Shown here: positions 9,624-19,001 of the stretch, piece after piece | How the letters are laid out: the number at the start of each line of letters is the position of its first letter | Position numbering within the stretch: the stretch's first letter is position 1 | Origin: Solirubrobacteraceae bacterium | Lineage (GTDB): Bacteria > Actinomycetota > Thermoleophilia > Solirubrobacterales > Solirubrobacteraceae | Direction: 5' to 3' | Length of the DNA stretch: 64,000 nucleotides | Assembly (NCBI GenBank): GCA_029263125.1 | Contig: JAJCYD010000005.1 | Coordinates: 103,720 to 167,719, forward strand | The notes under the pieces: model-generated | Database searches by the model: none | The model's input: only the letters and a program-made list of their open reading frames with translations | Told to the model about the DNA's origin: nothing | Position numbers and translations under genes: made by a program

Positions 9624-10397
9624 CTACTGCTGACCGATGCCGTAGCGCGCGAACAGCGCGCCCTCGTGCTCCAGCAGCCAGCGCAGCGCCACGCGGTAGG
9701 GCTCCCGCAGGTGCGCGCCCTCGACGATCGAACGCTCGCCGGCATCGCCGGCGAGCAACGGTGCGGTCGACAGGAACAGCTCGTCGACCAGGCCGCCGGT
9801 CAGCAGTGAGGCGTTGAGACGCGGCCCGCCCTCGCACAGGATCGACCGCACGCCGTGGGCGTCACGCAGCTGCGACAGCGCCGCCGGGAGGTCGACCGGC
9901 TCGAAGCGCAGGTACTCCACCTCGGCGCGGACGTCGGCCAGCGAGCTCGCAGACGACGTGACGATGACGACGCGCGAATCGGGGTCCTGCAGGAGCGGCA
10001 GGTCTGAGGGCACGTTCAGCGATCCGCTGACGATCACCGCCAGCGGATCGGCCTGCAGTCCCACGGCGCTGCGCTGCTCGCGCCGCGCCGGATCGGGCAC
10101 GATGCGCCCATAACGCTCGACGCGGGCGGTGCCCGCCCCGATCATCACCGCGTCGACGCGGGTGCGCATCGCGTGAAAGAGCTGGCGGTCGGCGACGCTC
10201 GACAGCCCGCCGCTCTTGCCCTGCAGCACCGCGCGGCCATCGGTCGTGTGGACCATGTTCAGCGCCATGCTCGGTCGGCCAGGCGGCGCGCTCTCCCACG
10301 GCCGCCACTGGTTCATGGCCTCGTCGGCGGTCAGCTCGGCCGGCTCGGGCAGCAGCCGGCGCAGCGTCACGGCCGGCTCGTTGCGAGCGGGGGTCAT
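9624..10397 (-). CDS. RibD C-terminal domain / pyrimidine reductase family protein
   Basis: LNMVHTTDGRAV...DRQLFHAMRTRVDAVMIGAGTARVERYG...ILCEGGPRLNASLL. Start taken at MTPARNEP. Confidence 0.7.
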   Translation of the reverse strand: MTPARNEPAVTLRRLLPEPAELTADEAMNQWRPWESAPPGRPSMALNMVHTTDGRAVLQGKSGGLSSVADRQLFHAMRTRVDAVMIGAGTARVERYGRIVPDPARREQRSAVGLQADPLAVIVSGSLNVPSDLPLLQDPDSRVVIVTSSASSLADVRAEVEYLRFEPVDLPAALSQLRDAHGVRSILCEGGPRLNASLLTGGLVDELFLSTAPLLAGDAGERSIVEGAHLREPYRVALRWLLEHEGALFARYGIGQQ

Positions 10398-10528
10398 GCT
10401 CGGCTGTCTGCAGGGGTGTGCGGCATCGCCCGCAAGTAGAACAGCTTCGCGCGTTCCCCTCGAAGCTTCACGTCCACGACATACCCCGTGTGCCATGCTC
10501 GGGAGACAGTGGGTATCCAGGAGATCGC

Positions 10529-11446
10529 ATGAGCGACAGGCTGATCGGCGTCGACGTTGGCGGCACGAAGATCTCGGTCGCCGTCCTTGATGGCACGACG
10601 CTTCATCCGCCGAAGATCCGGCGTACCGACACCAGCGACGGCGAGCACCTGCTCGAGCAGCTCGTCGAGGCGATCGGTGAGGCCGGTGAGGCGCAGGCCG
10701 TCGGCGTCGCCGTGCCCTCGGTGATCGACTTCGCCAGCGGTCGCGTGCGCACGTCGGTCAACGTGCCGCTCGCCGACATCGCGCTGCGCGAGGTGCTGAC
10801 CGAGCGCCTCGGAATCCCGGTCTTCGTGGACAACGACGCGACCTGCGCGGCGCTGGCGGAGGCCTACGACGACGGCGGTGAGCTTGTCGCCCGCCATCTC
10901 GTGATGTTCACGGTGGGAACGGGCGTCGGCGGCGGGATCGTCATCGACGGCCGCGTCTATCGCGGCGCCACCGGCGCGGCGGCGGAGATCGGCCACACGA
11001 TCGTCGGCGGCGCGCTCGGCGGCACCCCCTTCCCCCACGCCGGCCGCTTCCCGCAGCCCGGCTCGCTGGAGGCGCTGGCGTCGGGAAGCGCCCTGAACGA
11101 GCTCGGGAACGAGCACGGCCTGCCCGACGCCACGACCGTCGATGCCGCCCGTGAGGGCCATGAGGGCGCGTGCGCGGCGATCGACCTGCTCGGCCGGCGT
11201 CTCGGGGTCGGGATCGCCAACGCGATCAACACCTTCGACCCCGACCTCGTCGTCATCGGCGGCGGCGTCTCGGCGGCGGGCGAGCTGCTGCTGGCGCCCG
11301 CCCGCGAGGAGGCCGCGCGCTTCGTCCTGCACGGCGTCGGCACGAAGACGCTGATCTGCCAGGCGCGCTACGGACCCGAGGCGGGCGTGCGCGGCGCCGC
11401 CCTGCTCGCCGGCCAGGAGATCGAGAGCGAGGCGGCGGTGCGATGA
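10529..11446 (+). CDS. glk: ROK-family glucokinase
   Basis: LIGVDVGGTKISV, ATCAALAE and VGTGVGGGIV ROK motifs. CAGGAG RBS upstream of the ATG at 10529. Confidence 0.85.
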   Translation: MSDRLIGVDVGGTKISVAVLDGTTLHPPKIRRTDTSDGEHLLEQLVEAIGEAGEAQAVGVAVPSVIDFASGRVRTSVNVPLADIALREVLTERLGIPVFVDNDATCAALAEAYDDGGELVARHLVMFTVGTGVGGGIVIDGRVYRGATGAAAEIGHTIVGGALGGTPFPHAGRFPQPGSLEALASGSALNELGNEHGLPDATTVDAAREGHEGACAAIDLLGRRLGVGIANAINTFDPDLVVIGGGVSAAGELLLAPAREEAARFVLHGVGTKTLICQARYGPEAGVRGAALLAGQEIESEAAVR

Positions 11447-11892
11447 GGATCGCGCTCGCCGTCGATCACGCGGGCGTGGCGCTGCACGACCCGATCAGCG
11501 AGGCGCTGCGCGACGACGGCCACGAGGTCGAGGATCTCGGCGAGCACGACGACTACCCGGACGTGGCGCTGGCGATCGGTCGCGCTGTCGCGGGCGACGA
11601 CGCCGAGCGCGGCATCCTGGTCTGTGGCTCGGGCGCCGGGGTGTCGGTCGCCGCATCCAAGCTTCCGGGAATCCGTGCCGCGACCTGCCACGATCACTAC
11701 TCAGCCGCGCAGTGCGTCAGCCACGACGACTGCAACGTGCTGTGCCTCGGCGCGCGGGTGATCGGCCCGGCGGTCGCCGCCGAGCTCGCGCGGGCGTTCG
11801 CCGGCGCGACGTTCAGCGGCGAAGAACGCCACGTGCGCCGCCTACAGAAGGTCTTCATCTTGGAACGCGACGGACTGGAGTCGAAGCTGTGA
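11443..11892 (+). CDS. rpiB: Ribose-5-phosphate isomerase B
   Basis: MRIALAVDHAG...ILVCGSGAGVSVAASKLPGIRAA...NVLCLGARVIG. ATGA overlap with the glk stop. Confidence 0.9.
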   Translation: MRIALAVDHAGVALHDPISEALRDDGHEVEDLGEHDDYPDVALAIGRAVAGDDAERGILVCGSGAGVSVAASKLPGIRAATCHDHYSAAQCVSHDDCNVLCLGARVIGPAVAAELARAFAGATFSGEERHVRRLQKVFILERDGLESKL

Positions 11893-11900
11893 CAAGCGTC

Positions 11901-14636
11901 ATGAACGTCAACGAACGTCTCGCCGCCATGACCGAGACCGGCACGGCGGTCTGGCTGGATCAGATCCGCCGCTCGCTCACGCAGGGCGGCGAGCTGCGAC
12001 GGCTCGTGGAGGAGGACTCGCTGCGCGGCGTGACCTCCAACCCGGCGATCTTCGAGAAGGCGATCCTCGGTTCCCAGGACTACGACGAGCAGATCGAGCG
12101 CCTCGCGCGCGACGGCCTGAACACGCGCGCCGTGTACCAGGAGATCGTCATCCAGGACGTGCAGGAGGCCTGCGACGTCCTGCGCCCCGTCTACGACGAG
12201 CTCGACGGCGCCGACGGCTTCGTCTCGCTGGAGGTCGATCCCGACCTCGCGTTTGACTCCGACCGCACGATCGCGCAGGCCCGCGAGTACTGGGGGCGCG
12301 TGGACCGTCCCAACGTGATGATCAAGATCCCCGGCACGAGCGAGTGCCTGCCGGCGATCGAGCAGGCGACGTACGGGGGAATCAACGTCAACGTCACGCT
12401 GCTGTTCGCCGTCGACGCCTACGCCGAGGTCGCCGAGGCCTACATCCGCGGCCTGGAGCGCCGCCATGCCGAGGGCCTCTCGCTCGACGTGCGCTCGGTC
12501 GCATCGTTCTTCGTCTCGCGCGTCGACGGCGAGGTCGACAAGCGCCTGGAGGCGCTGGACCGCTCGGATCTGCGCGGCACGGCCGCGGTCGCCAACGCGC
12601 GCGCCGCCTACCAGCGCTTCGAGGAGCTCTTCCGCGGCCCGCGGTTCGCAGCGCTGGTCGCGGCGGGCGCGCCGGTGCAGCGCCCGCTATGGGCGTCGAC
12701 CGGCGTGAAGAACCCGGAGTACGCGGACACGCTGTACGTCGCGGAGCTGCTGGGTCCCGACACGGTCAACACGATGCCGATGCCGACGATGATGGCGTGC
12801 GCCGAACGCCTGGAGGTCGCGGGCGAGACCGTGCGCGAGGAGTCGGCCTCCGTGCTGGCCGGGCTGGCTGAGGCCGGCATCGACATCGGCGACGTCACCG
12901 ACAAGCTGCTGCGCGACGGCGTCGACGCGTTCGTCACGCCGATGGAGAAGCTGCTGGCCGGGATCGAGGCCAAGCGCGAGGCGATCTTCACGGGGCGCCC
13001 CGAGACGATCGACGCGTCGCTGCCCTTCGAACTGGAGGGGCACGTCGCCGAGCTCGTCAAGCGTGCCGAGACCGAGCAGGTCGCTCGGCGCATCTGGAAG
13101 AAGGACCCGACGCTGTGGGGTCCGCGCGACCAGCCAGAGGTCGCCGACCGGCTCGGCTGGCTCTGCGCGCACGAGACCTACGCCGAGCACATCGACGACC
13201 TCGAGGAGCTCGCGGCCTCGCTGGCGGCCGAGGGGTTCACGGACGCGGTGCTGCTGGGCATGGGCGGCTCGTCGCTGGCCCCAGAGGTGCTGCGCCTGAG
13301 CTTCGGCGAGCGCCAGCACGACCGCCTGCGCCTGCAGGTGCTCGACAGCACCGACCCGGGCGCCGTGCTCGCGGTGCAGTCGTCGGTGGCGCTGGAGCAC
13401 ACGATCTTCGTCGTCTCGACGAAGTCCGGCGGCACGATCGAGACGATGTCGCTGTTCGAGCACTTCTGGTCTGCGTGCCCGAACGGCTCGCAGTACGTCG
13501 CGATCACCGACCCGGGCTCGTCGCTTGCATCGCTGGCAGCCGAGCGCGGCTTCCGGCGCACGTTCCTCAACGACTCCGACGTCGGCGGGCGCTACAGCGC
13601 GCTGACGTTCTTCGGGCTCGTGCCGGCGGCACTGATGGGCGTCGATCTGCAGCGCCTGCTCGACGGCGCCGGCGTGGCGGCCGAGGCGTGCGCCGGCTAT
13701 CGCCCCAGCGAGGACAACAGCGGCCTGTGGCTGGGCATCGCGCTGGGGGCCTGCGCGCTCGCCGGCCACGACAAGCTGACGTTCGTCGTCGATGACCCGA
13801 TCGCGTCGTTCGGCGTCTGGGCCGAGCAGCTCGTCGCGGAGTCCACAGGCAAGGAGGACACGGGCGTGCTGCCGGTCGCAGACGAGCCGGTCGGCGCGCC
13901 GGAGGTCTACGGCGATGACCGCATCTTCGCCTACCTGCGCGACACCGGGAACCCCAGCGAGGAGCTCGACGCGGCGGTCACCGAGCTCGCCGACGCCGGC
14001 CACCCGACGGTGACCCTGACGACCGACGGCCCGGAGGATCTCGGCCGGATCTTCTTCATCGCCGAGTTCGCGACGGCGGTCGCCGGCTGGGCGCTCGGCA
14101 TCAACCCCTTCGACCAGCCCAACGTCCAGGAGGCCAAGGACGCGACGGCCGCGGTGCTCGATGACCTCGCCGGCGGCGGCTCGCTCGACGAGCCCGACGA
14201 CGCCGGCGACGACGCGCTGCGCGCGCTGCTGACGTGCTCGCCGCCCGCGTACGTCGCGATCCTCGGGTATGTCACGCCCGCGGCCGCGGTCGATGAGGCC
14301 ATCGCCGAGCTGCGCGTGGCTCTGCGCGATGCGACGGGCGCGACCACGACCTTCGGCTACGGGCCGCGGTACCTGCATTCGACGGGGCAACTGCACAAGG
14401 GCGGCCCGTCGGGCGGACGGTTCCTGGTGCTGGTCCACGATGGCCCCGACGACGTCGCCATCCCAGGCCGGCCGTTCGGCTTCGGCGTGCTGAAGAACGC
14501 CCAGGCGGCCGGGGACCTTGCGACGCTGCGCTCGCACGGTCTGGCGGCCGAGAAGCTGCGCCTGGAGGGCGACGATGTCGCGGCGGCGGTGCGGTCGTTG
14601 ACCGCGCGGGTCGTGGGCCTGCTGCATGGCGGCTGA
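11901..14636 (+). CDS. Bifunctional transaldolase / glucose-6-phosphate isomerase fusion
   Basis: The N-terminal half is transaldolase (VWLDQIRR...GVTSNPAIFEKA...MIKIPGT). The C-terminal half is PGI/SIS (LLGMGGSSLAPEV...FVVSTKSGGTIET...GGRYSALT). One uninterrupted 911-codon frame. Confidence 0.88.
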   Translation: MNVNERLAAMTETGTAVWLDQIRRSLTQGGELRRLVEEDSLRGVTSNPAIFEKAILGSQDYDEQIERLARDGLNTRAVYQEIVIQDVQEACDVLRPVYDELDGADGFVSLEVDPDLAFDSDRTIAQAREYWGRVDRPNVMIKIPGTSECLPAIEQATYGGINVNVTLLFAVDAYAEVAEAYIRGLERRHAEGLSLDVRSVASFFVSRVDGEVDKRLEALDRSDLRGTAAVANARAAYQRFEELFRGPRFAALVAAGAPVQRPLWASTGVKNPEYADTLYVAELLGPDTVNTMPMPTMMACAERLEVAGETVREESASVLAGLAEAGIDIGDVTDKLLRDGVDAFVTPMEKLLAGIEAKREAIFTGRPETIDASLPFELEGHVAELVKRAETEQVARRIWKKDPTLWGPRDQPEVADRLGWLCAHETYAEHIDDLEELAASLAAEGFTDAVLLGMGGSSLAPEVLRLSFGERQHDRLRLQVLDSTDPGAVLAVQSSVALEHTIFVVSTKSGGTIETMSLFEHFWSACPNGSQYVAITDPGSSLASLAAERGFRRTFLNDSDVGGRYSALTFFGLVPAALMGVDLQRLLDGAGVAAEACAGYRPSEDNSGLWLGIALGACALAGHDKLTFVVDDPIASFGVWAEQLVAESTGKEDTGVLPVADEPVGAPEVYGDDRIFAYLRDTGNPSEELDAAVTELADAGHPTVTLTTDGPEDLGRIFFIAEFATAVAGWALGINPFDQPNVQEAKDATAAVLDDLAGGGSLDEPDDAGDDALRALLTCSPPAYVAILGYVTPAAAVDEAIAELRVALRDATGATTTFGYGPRYLHSTGQLHKGGPSGGRFLVLVHDGPDDVAIPGRPFGFGVLKNAQAAGDLATLRSHGLAAEKLRLEGDDVAAAVRSLTARVVGLLHGG

Positions 14637-14684
14637 GTACCCGGCTTCTGCGTAGATCCTCAGGGACGCATCCACCAGCCGGGC

Positions 14685-14723
14685 TGGTCGGGTTACGCAT
14701 GCGAACCATGCAGAACCCGCCCA
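14685..14723. repeat. REP-like hairpin, copy 1 of a short palindromic repeat family
   Basis: tggtcgggttacgcatg-cgaac-catgcagaacccgccca. Same core as copies at 14757, 50799 and 50861. Confidence 0.7.
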
Positions 14724-14756
14724 ATTCACCGCAGGGCGCACAGATTCTGCGAGTCC

Positions 14757-14793
14757 GGGCGGGTTTGGCATCCATGTCATGCCGAACCCGCCC
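14757..14793. repeat. REP-like hairpin, copy 2 (best preserved; may also act as a terminator between convergent genes)
   Basis: gggcgggtttggcat-ccatgtc-atgccgaacccgccc. 15-bp stem with one G-T wobble. Confidence 0.8.
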
Positions 14794-14888
14794 AGCCCTC
14801 GCGATGGCATGGCCCGCCGACCACGCCGGAGCGCCGTGATCGTGACCTGCACCCGCTCCCAACAGCGACCCCGTATGGCCCAGGCAGG

Positions 14889-15368
14889 CTAGGCCCCCGG
14901 CTTGGCCGTCATCAGGAAGATCGACACGATCACGAGCAGCAGGGCGATCGAGCCGAACAGCGCCGCACGGCCCTCCGCGGCGCGGTAGTCGTCACTCGGA
15001 CCCGTGCCCGCCCGCTGGTCGCGCAGGGCGATCTCCAGCAGGCGCTTGTCCAGCGGCGTGAGAACGGCGCCGACCAGGGCGAAGAGCACGATCAGGATCG
15101 CGAACGTCGCGCTGATCCACGGATCACCGAGGCTGTAACGGTCAAGCGCGAGATAGAGGCCGGCAAGCAACACGACGGTCATCGCCGGCGTGATCAAACC
15201 GCGTGCCAGCGTGAGGTGCAGCCGATGCAGGGCCGGCAGGTCGTCGGGGTGCGCGCGCTTGAGCTGCGTGTCAAGCAGCGGATAGGCGAACACGACGCCG
15301 AACGCGAGCACGACGGCGAGGATGTGGATCGTCAGGACGACGTCGAAGAACACGATGGCGGTGAGCAT
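14889..15368 (-). CDS. Integral membrane protein, DUF2269-like
   Basis: Four hydrophobic helices and an N-terminus of the form FFDVVLTIHILAVVLAFG. Family assignment is from memory only. Confidence 0.55.
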   Translation of the reverse strand: MLTAIVFFDVVLTIHILAVVLAFGVVFAYPLLDTQLKRAHPDDLPALHRLHLTLARGLITPAMTVVLLAGLYLALDRYSLGDPWISATFAILIVLFALVGAVLTPLDKRLLEIALRDQRAGTGPSDDYRAAEGRAALFGSIALLLVIVSIFLMTAKPGA

Positions 15369-15573
15369 GAGCCAAGCCTCTCAGGAGCACCGGGCCTCTG
15401 CCAAGCTCGATCGGGGTGGCAGTCACGCGACGCGTGCCTCGGGGTCCTCCGAGCGCCCGCCGGGATTGGTGACGGCGATCGTCGGTGGCCCGCTGTTGCT
15501 GTGGCTGCCGCGTCGCACCGGAGGACCGAGAGCCTCCGCTTCCGTCGGTGGGTCGCCCAGCTACCCTGCGTGC

Positions 15574-16008
15574 ATGTCTGGAGAATGGCTTGGCACGAAC
15601 GTCCCGCTGCATGCTCATCACGAGCGACCGGTGGGAATGGGCCTGCACATCTGCGCGGTCGTTCAGCGCGGATCGGGTTCCCCCAGGGAGTACGTCGAGG
15701 TCGTCAACGACGGTGCCGAGCCGGTGACCGTGACGGGGCTTGAGCTGACGGACTGCCCCGGGCAGCACCACGAGCATGTCTATACGTTTCCGCAGGGCGA
15801 GCTCGAGCCCGGCGAGACGGCCTACATCTACAGCGCGAGCGGCTCGAACCAGCGCACGCGCACCGGCGACCTGATCCTGTACGCCGGCCTGCAGGCATCC
15901 GTCTGGCAGGACGACTCGCATGTCGCATTCCTGCGCCACCCGGATGGCCAGATCATCGACACGATGCATGCCGGGCGCCCGCCGCGCCATCCCGACGGCC
16001 ACTCGTAG
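15574..16008 (+). CDS. Lamin-tail-domain (LTD) protein with no signal peptide
   Basis: EYVEVVNDGAEPVTVTGLELTD...GETAYIYS...VWQDDSHVAFLRHPDGQIID matches the LTD pattern. ATG at 15574 is in frame. Confidence 0.6.
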   Translation: MSGEWLGTNVPLHAHHERPVGMGLHICAVVQRGSGSPREYVEVVNDGAEPVTVTGLELTDCPGQHHEHVYTFPQGELEPGETAYIYSASGSNQRTRTGDLILYAGLQASVWQDDSHVAFLRHPDGQIIDTMHAGRPPRHPDGHS

Positions 16009-16050
16009 CGGACACGACCACGACGCTCGCGTCTGCGCGTCGTCGGACCC

Positions 16051-16163
16051 GTGCACAACTGACGTCTCGATCGATGCCAGCCGCGGATCCGGCAGTTATG
16101 CATCACAGTGATGCATAACTGCCGAGTCGAGAATCAAGCGCTGTCGAGCCGTCAGTTGTGCAC
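16051..16163. repeat. 113-nt nested-palindrome element, copy A
   Basis: Perfect 14-bp terminal inverted repeats gtgcacaactgacg / cgtcagttgtgcac. Perfect 33-nt apical palindrome ggcagttatgcatcac-a-gtgatgcataactgcc (16091..16123). Second copy at 33733..33845. Confidence 0.9.
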
Positions 16164-16267
16164 GCGTGACCCACAAGGGTGACCCCCGAGATGGACTACC
16201 GCGCTCCGCACACTCCGGGCTCCCTCGCGCTCTGCCGGTGCTCGCTCAGTGAGCGGATCTGGCTAGC

Positions 16268-18862
16268 GTGCGGCGCATGAGCCTGGTCGATGCCCTTCCC
16301 GCCGAGCCCAGCGCCGATGCGCTCTACGACGCCTTCACCGACTGGGCGGCGGGGCAACACCTAAGCCTGTATCCGCATCAGGAGGAGGCGGCGATCGAGC
16401 TGTTCACCCACAACAACGTGGTGCTCGCCACGCCGACCGGCTCGGGGAAGTCGATCGTCGCGGTGGCCGCGCATTTCGCGGCGCTGGCCGAGGGCCGCGT
16501 GACGTTCTACACGGCGCCGATCAAGGCGCTGGTCTCGGAGAAGTTCTTCGCGCTCTGCACGATCTTCGGCGCACAGAACGTCGGGATGCTGACCGGGGAC
16601 GCGTCGGTCAACGCCGATGCGCCGATCATCTGCGCCACGGCGGAGGTGCTGGCGAACATCGCGCTGCGTGAGGGCGCCGGCGCGGATGTCGGCCAGGTCG
16701 TGATGGACGAGTTTCACTACTACGCCGACGGCCAGCGCGGCTGGGCATGGCAGGTGCCGCTGCTGACGCTGCCCGGCGCGCAGTTCCTGCTGATGTCCGC
16801 CACGCTTGGCGACGTCTCGGAGATCGCCGACGACCTGACCCGCCGAACGGGTCGCGAGACGGTGGTCATCGGCGACGCGCAGCGGCCGGTGCCGCTCACC
16901 TTCGCCTGGTCGGCGCAGCCGATTCACGAGCTGCTGGAGGAGCTGGCGGCGGCCGATCAAGCGCCGATCTACGTCGTGCACTTCACGCAGGCATCGGCGA
17001 TGGAGCGTGCACAATCGCTGCTGTCGGCGAAGCTGTGCACGCGCGAGGAGCGCGACGCGATCGCGGACGCGCTCGGCGCGTTTCGCTTCACCGCCGGCTT
17101 CGGGCGCACGCTGTCAAAGCTCGTGCGGGGCGGCGTCGGGGTGCACCACGCCGGGATGCTACCGCGCTACCGGCGCCTGATCGAGCAGCTCGCGCAAACG
17201 GGCCTGCTGAAGGTGATCTGCGGCACCGACACGCTCGGCGTGGGCATCAACGTCCCGATCCGCACGGTGCTCTTCACGAGCCTGGCGAAGTTCGACGGCA
17301 CCCGCCACCGGTTGCTGAAGGCACGCGAGTTTCATCAGATCGCCGGGCGCGCCGGACGCCCCGGCTTCGACACGCGCGGCACCGTCGTCGTGCAGGCGCC
17401 CGATCACGTCATCGAGCGCACGCGCGCGCTGGCCAAGGCGGGCGACGATCCGAAGAAGCGCCGCAAGGTCCAGACCAAGAAGCCCGCCGACGGCGAGGTC
17501 AGCTGGACCGAGGAGACCTTCGAGCGCCTGAAGTCCGCCGTGCCCGAGCCGCTCGTGTCGCGCATGCGCGTCGACCACGCGACGATCCTCAACGTCGTCA
17601 ACCAGCCGGCGGACCCCGTCGAGGCGATGCGAGCGCTGATGGAGGACAACCACGAGGACGAGCGCGGGCGCCGGCGCCTGGTGGCGCGCGCGCAGGAGCT
17701 CGGGGACGAGCTCGTGGGCGCCGGCGTGCTCGTGTGGCTGGCAGAGCCCGACCCGGAGGGCCGCACCCTGAAGCTCGCCATCGAGCTGCAGTCGGACTTC
17801 GCGCTCAACCAGCCGCTTGCGTCCTTCGCCTTCGAGGCGTTCGGACTGCTGGACGCGGAGTCCGACACCTACACCCTGGACGTGCTGTCGGTGCTCGAGG
17901 CGATCCTCGACGATCCGTTCCCCGTGCTGATGGCCCAGGCACACAAGGCGCGTGGCGAGGCGGTCGCCGAGATGAAGGCCCAGGGCATCGAGTACGACGA
18001 GCGCATGGAGCTGCTGGAGGAGGTCAGCTATCCCAAGCCGCTGGGCGAGCCGCTGCTGGACGCGCTGCGCACCTACCGCGAGACCCATCCGTGGGTGCGC
18101 GACTGCGACCTCTCCCCGAAGTCGGTCGTGCGCGACATGTACGAGGGCGGGCGCACGTTCACCGAGTTCGTCGCCTTCTACGGCCTCGCGCGCTCGGAGG
18201 GCCTGGTGCTGCGATACCTCAGCAACGCCTACCGGGCGCTGCGCCAGACAGTGCCCGAGGAGGTCAAGACCGACGAGCTCGACGAGCTCATCGAGTGGCT
18301 CGGGGAGACCGTGCGCCAGACCGACTCGAGCCTGCTCGACGAGTGGGAGGCGCTCACGGATCCCGAATCGGTCGCCCGCGTGGCGCAGGCCATGGCAGCG
18401 GGCGAGACGGCCCCGCCGCCGCGCCCGATCACCGCGAACCCGCGTGCGTTCAACGTCATGGTCCGCAACGCGATGTTCCAGAAGGTCCAGCTGGCGGCAC
18501 GCGACGACGCTCCTGGTCTCGCCCAGCTCGAGGCCGCGGCCGCCGCACTCGCCGACCCGCCGGGCAAGGTCGCGATGAACGCGGATGCATGGGAGGCCGC
18601 GCTGGGCGCCTACTGGGACGAGTACGACGCGATCGACACCGGACCCAACGCTCGGTCGCCGCAGCTGCTGATGATCGACCGCCAAGCGGGCGGGGCCGCA
18701 GCACGAATGTGGGCGGTGCGCCAGATCATCGGCGACCCCGACGACCACCACGACGTCGCGATCGTGGCAACGGTCGACCTCGACGCCTCCGACGCGGCCG
18801 GAGAGCCGGTGATCCGCACCACGTCCTTCCGATCAGCCCACTTCGCCGGCCCAAACCCGTAG
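16268..18862 (+). CDS. Superfamily-2 DEAD/DEAH-box helicase with a long C-terminal extension (DUF3516-type)
   Basis: ATPTGSGKS (motif I), VMDEFHY (motif II), MSATLG (III) and HHAGMLP/QIAGRAGRPG (VI). Alternative ATG start at 16277. Confidence 0.85.
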   Translation: MRRMSLVDALPAEPSADALYDAFTDWAAGQHLSLYPHQEEAAIELFTHNNVVLATPTGSGKSIVAVAAHFAALAEGRVTFYTAPIKALVSEKFFALCTIFGAQNVGMLTGDASVNADAPIICATAEVLANIALREGAGADVGQVVMDEFHYYADGQRGWAWQVPLLTLPGAQFLLMSATLGDVSEIADDLTRRTGRETVVIGDAQRPVPLTFAWSAQPIHELLEELAAADQAPIYVVHFTQASAMERAQSLLSAKLCTREERDAIADALGAFRFTAGFGRTLSKLVRGGVGVHHAGMLPRYRRLIEQLAQTGLLKVICGTDTLGVGINVPIRTVLFTSLAKFDGTRHRLLKAREFHQIAGRAGRPGFDTRGTVVVQAPDHVIERTRALAKAGDDPKKRRKVQTKKPADGEVSWTEETFERLKSAVPEPLVSRMRVDHATILNVVNQPADPVEAMRALMEDNHEDERGRRRLVARAQELGDELVGAGVLVWLAEPDPEGRTLKLAIELQSDFALNQPLASFAFEAFGLLDAESDTYTLDVLSVLEAILDDPFPVLMAQAHKARGEAVAEMKAQGIEYDERMELLEEVSYPKPLGEPLLDALRTYRETHPWVRDCDLSPKSVVRDMYEGGRTFTEFVAFYGLARSEGLVLRYLSNAYRALRQTVPEEVKTDELDELIEWLGETVRQTDSSLLDEWEALTDPESVARVAQAMAAGETAPPPRPITANPRAFNVMVRNAMFQKVQLAARDDAPGLAQLEAAAAALADPPGKVAMNADAWEAALGAYWDEYDAIDTGPNARSPQLLMIDRQAGGAAARMWAVRQIIGDPDDHHDVAIVATVDLDASDAAGEPVIRTTSFRSAHFAGPNP

Positions 18863-19001
18863 TACGCGCCGCAGGCGCGCGGGCCGCTTCGCCGCGCCTC
18901 CTCCGCTTGAACAAGCTCGTTCACCTACCAGACACATCCACCGGCCTATGCTCCCGGTAGATCGACTCGTGCACCACCCACGACCTCCCGGGAGCGCACC
19001 C

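Noticed and set aside
16051-16163. Reading the 113-nt element as an integron attC site. Its length falls in the attC range, and its ends resemble RYYYAAC and GTTRRRY (GCACAAC and GTTGTGC).
   Set aside because: Each end matches the consensus in only 6 of 7 positions. There is no intI gene or attI site. The 17.6 kb between the two copies is core pentose-phosphate and housekeeping DNA, not cassettes.
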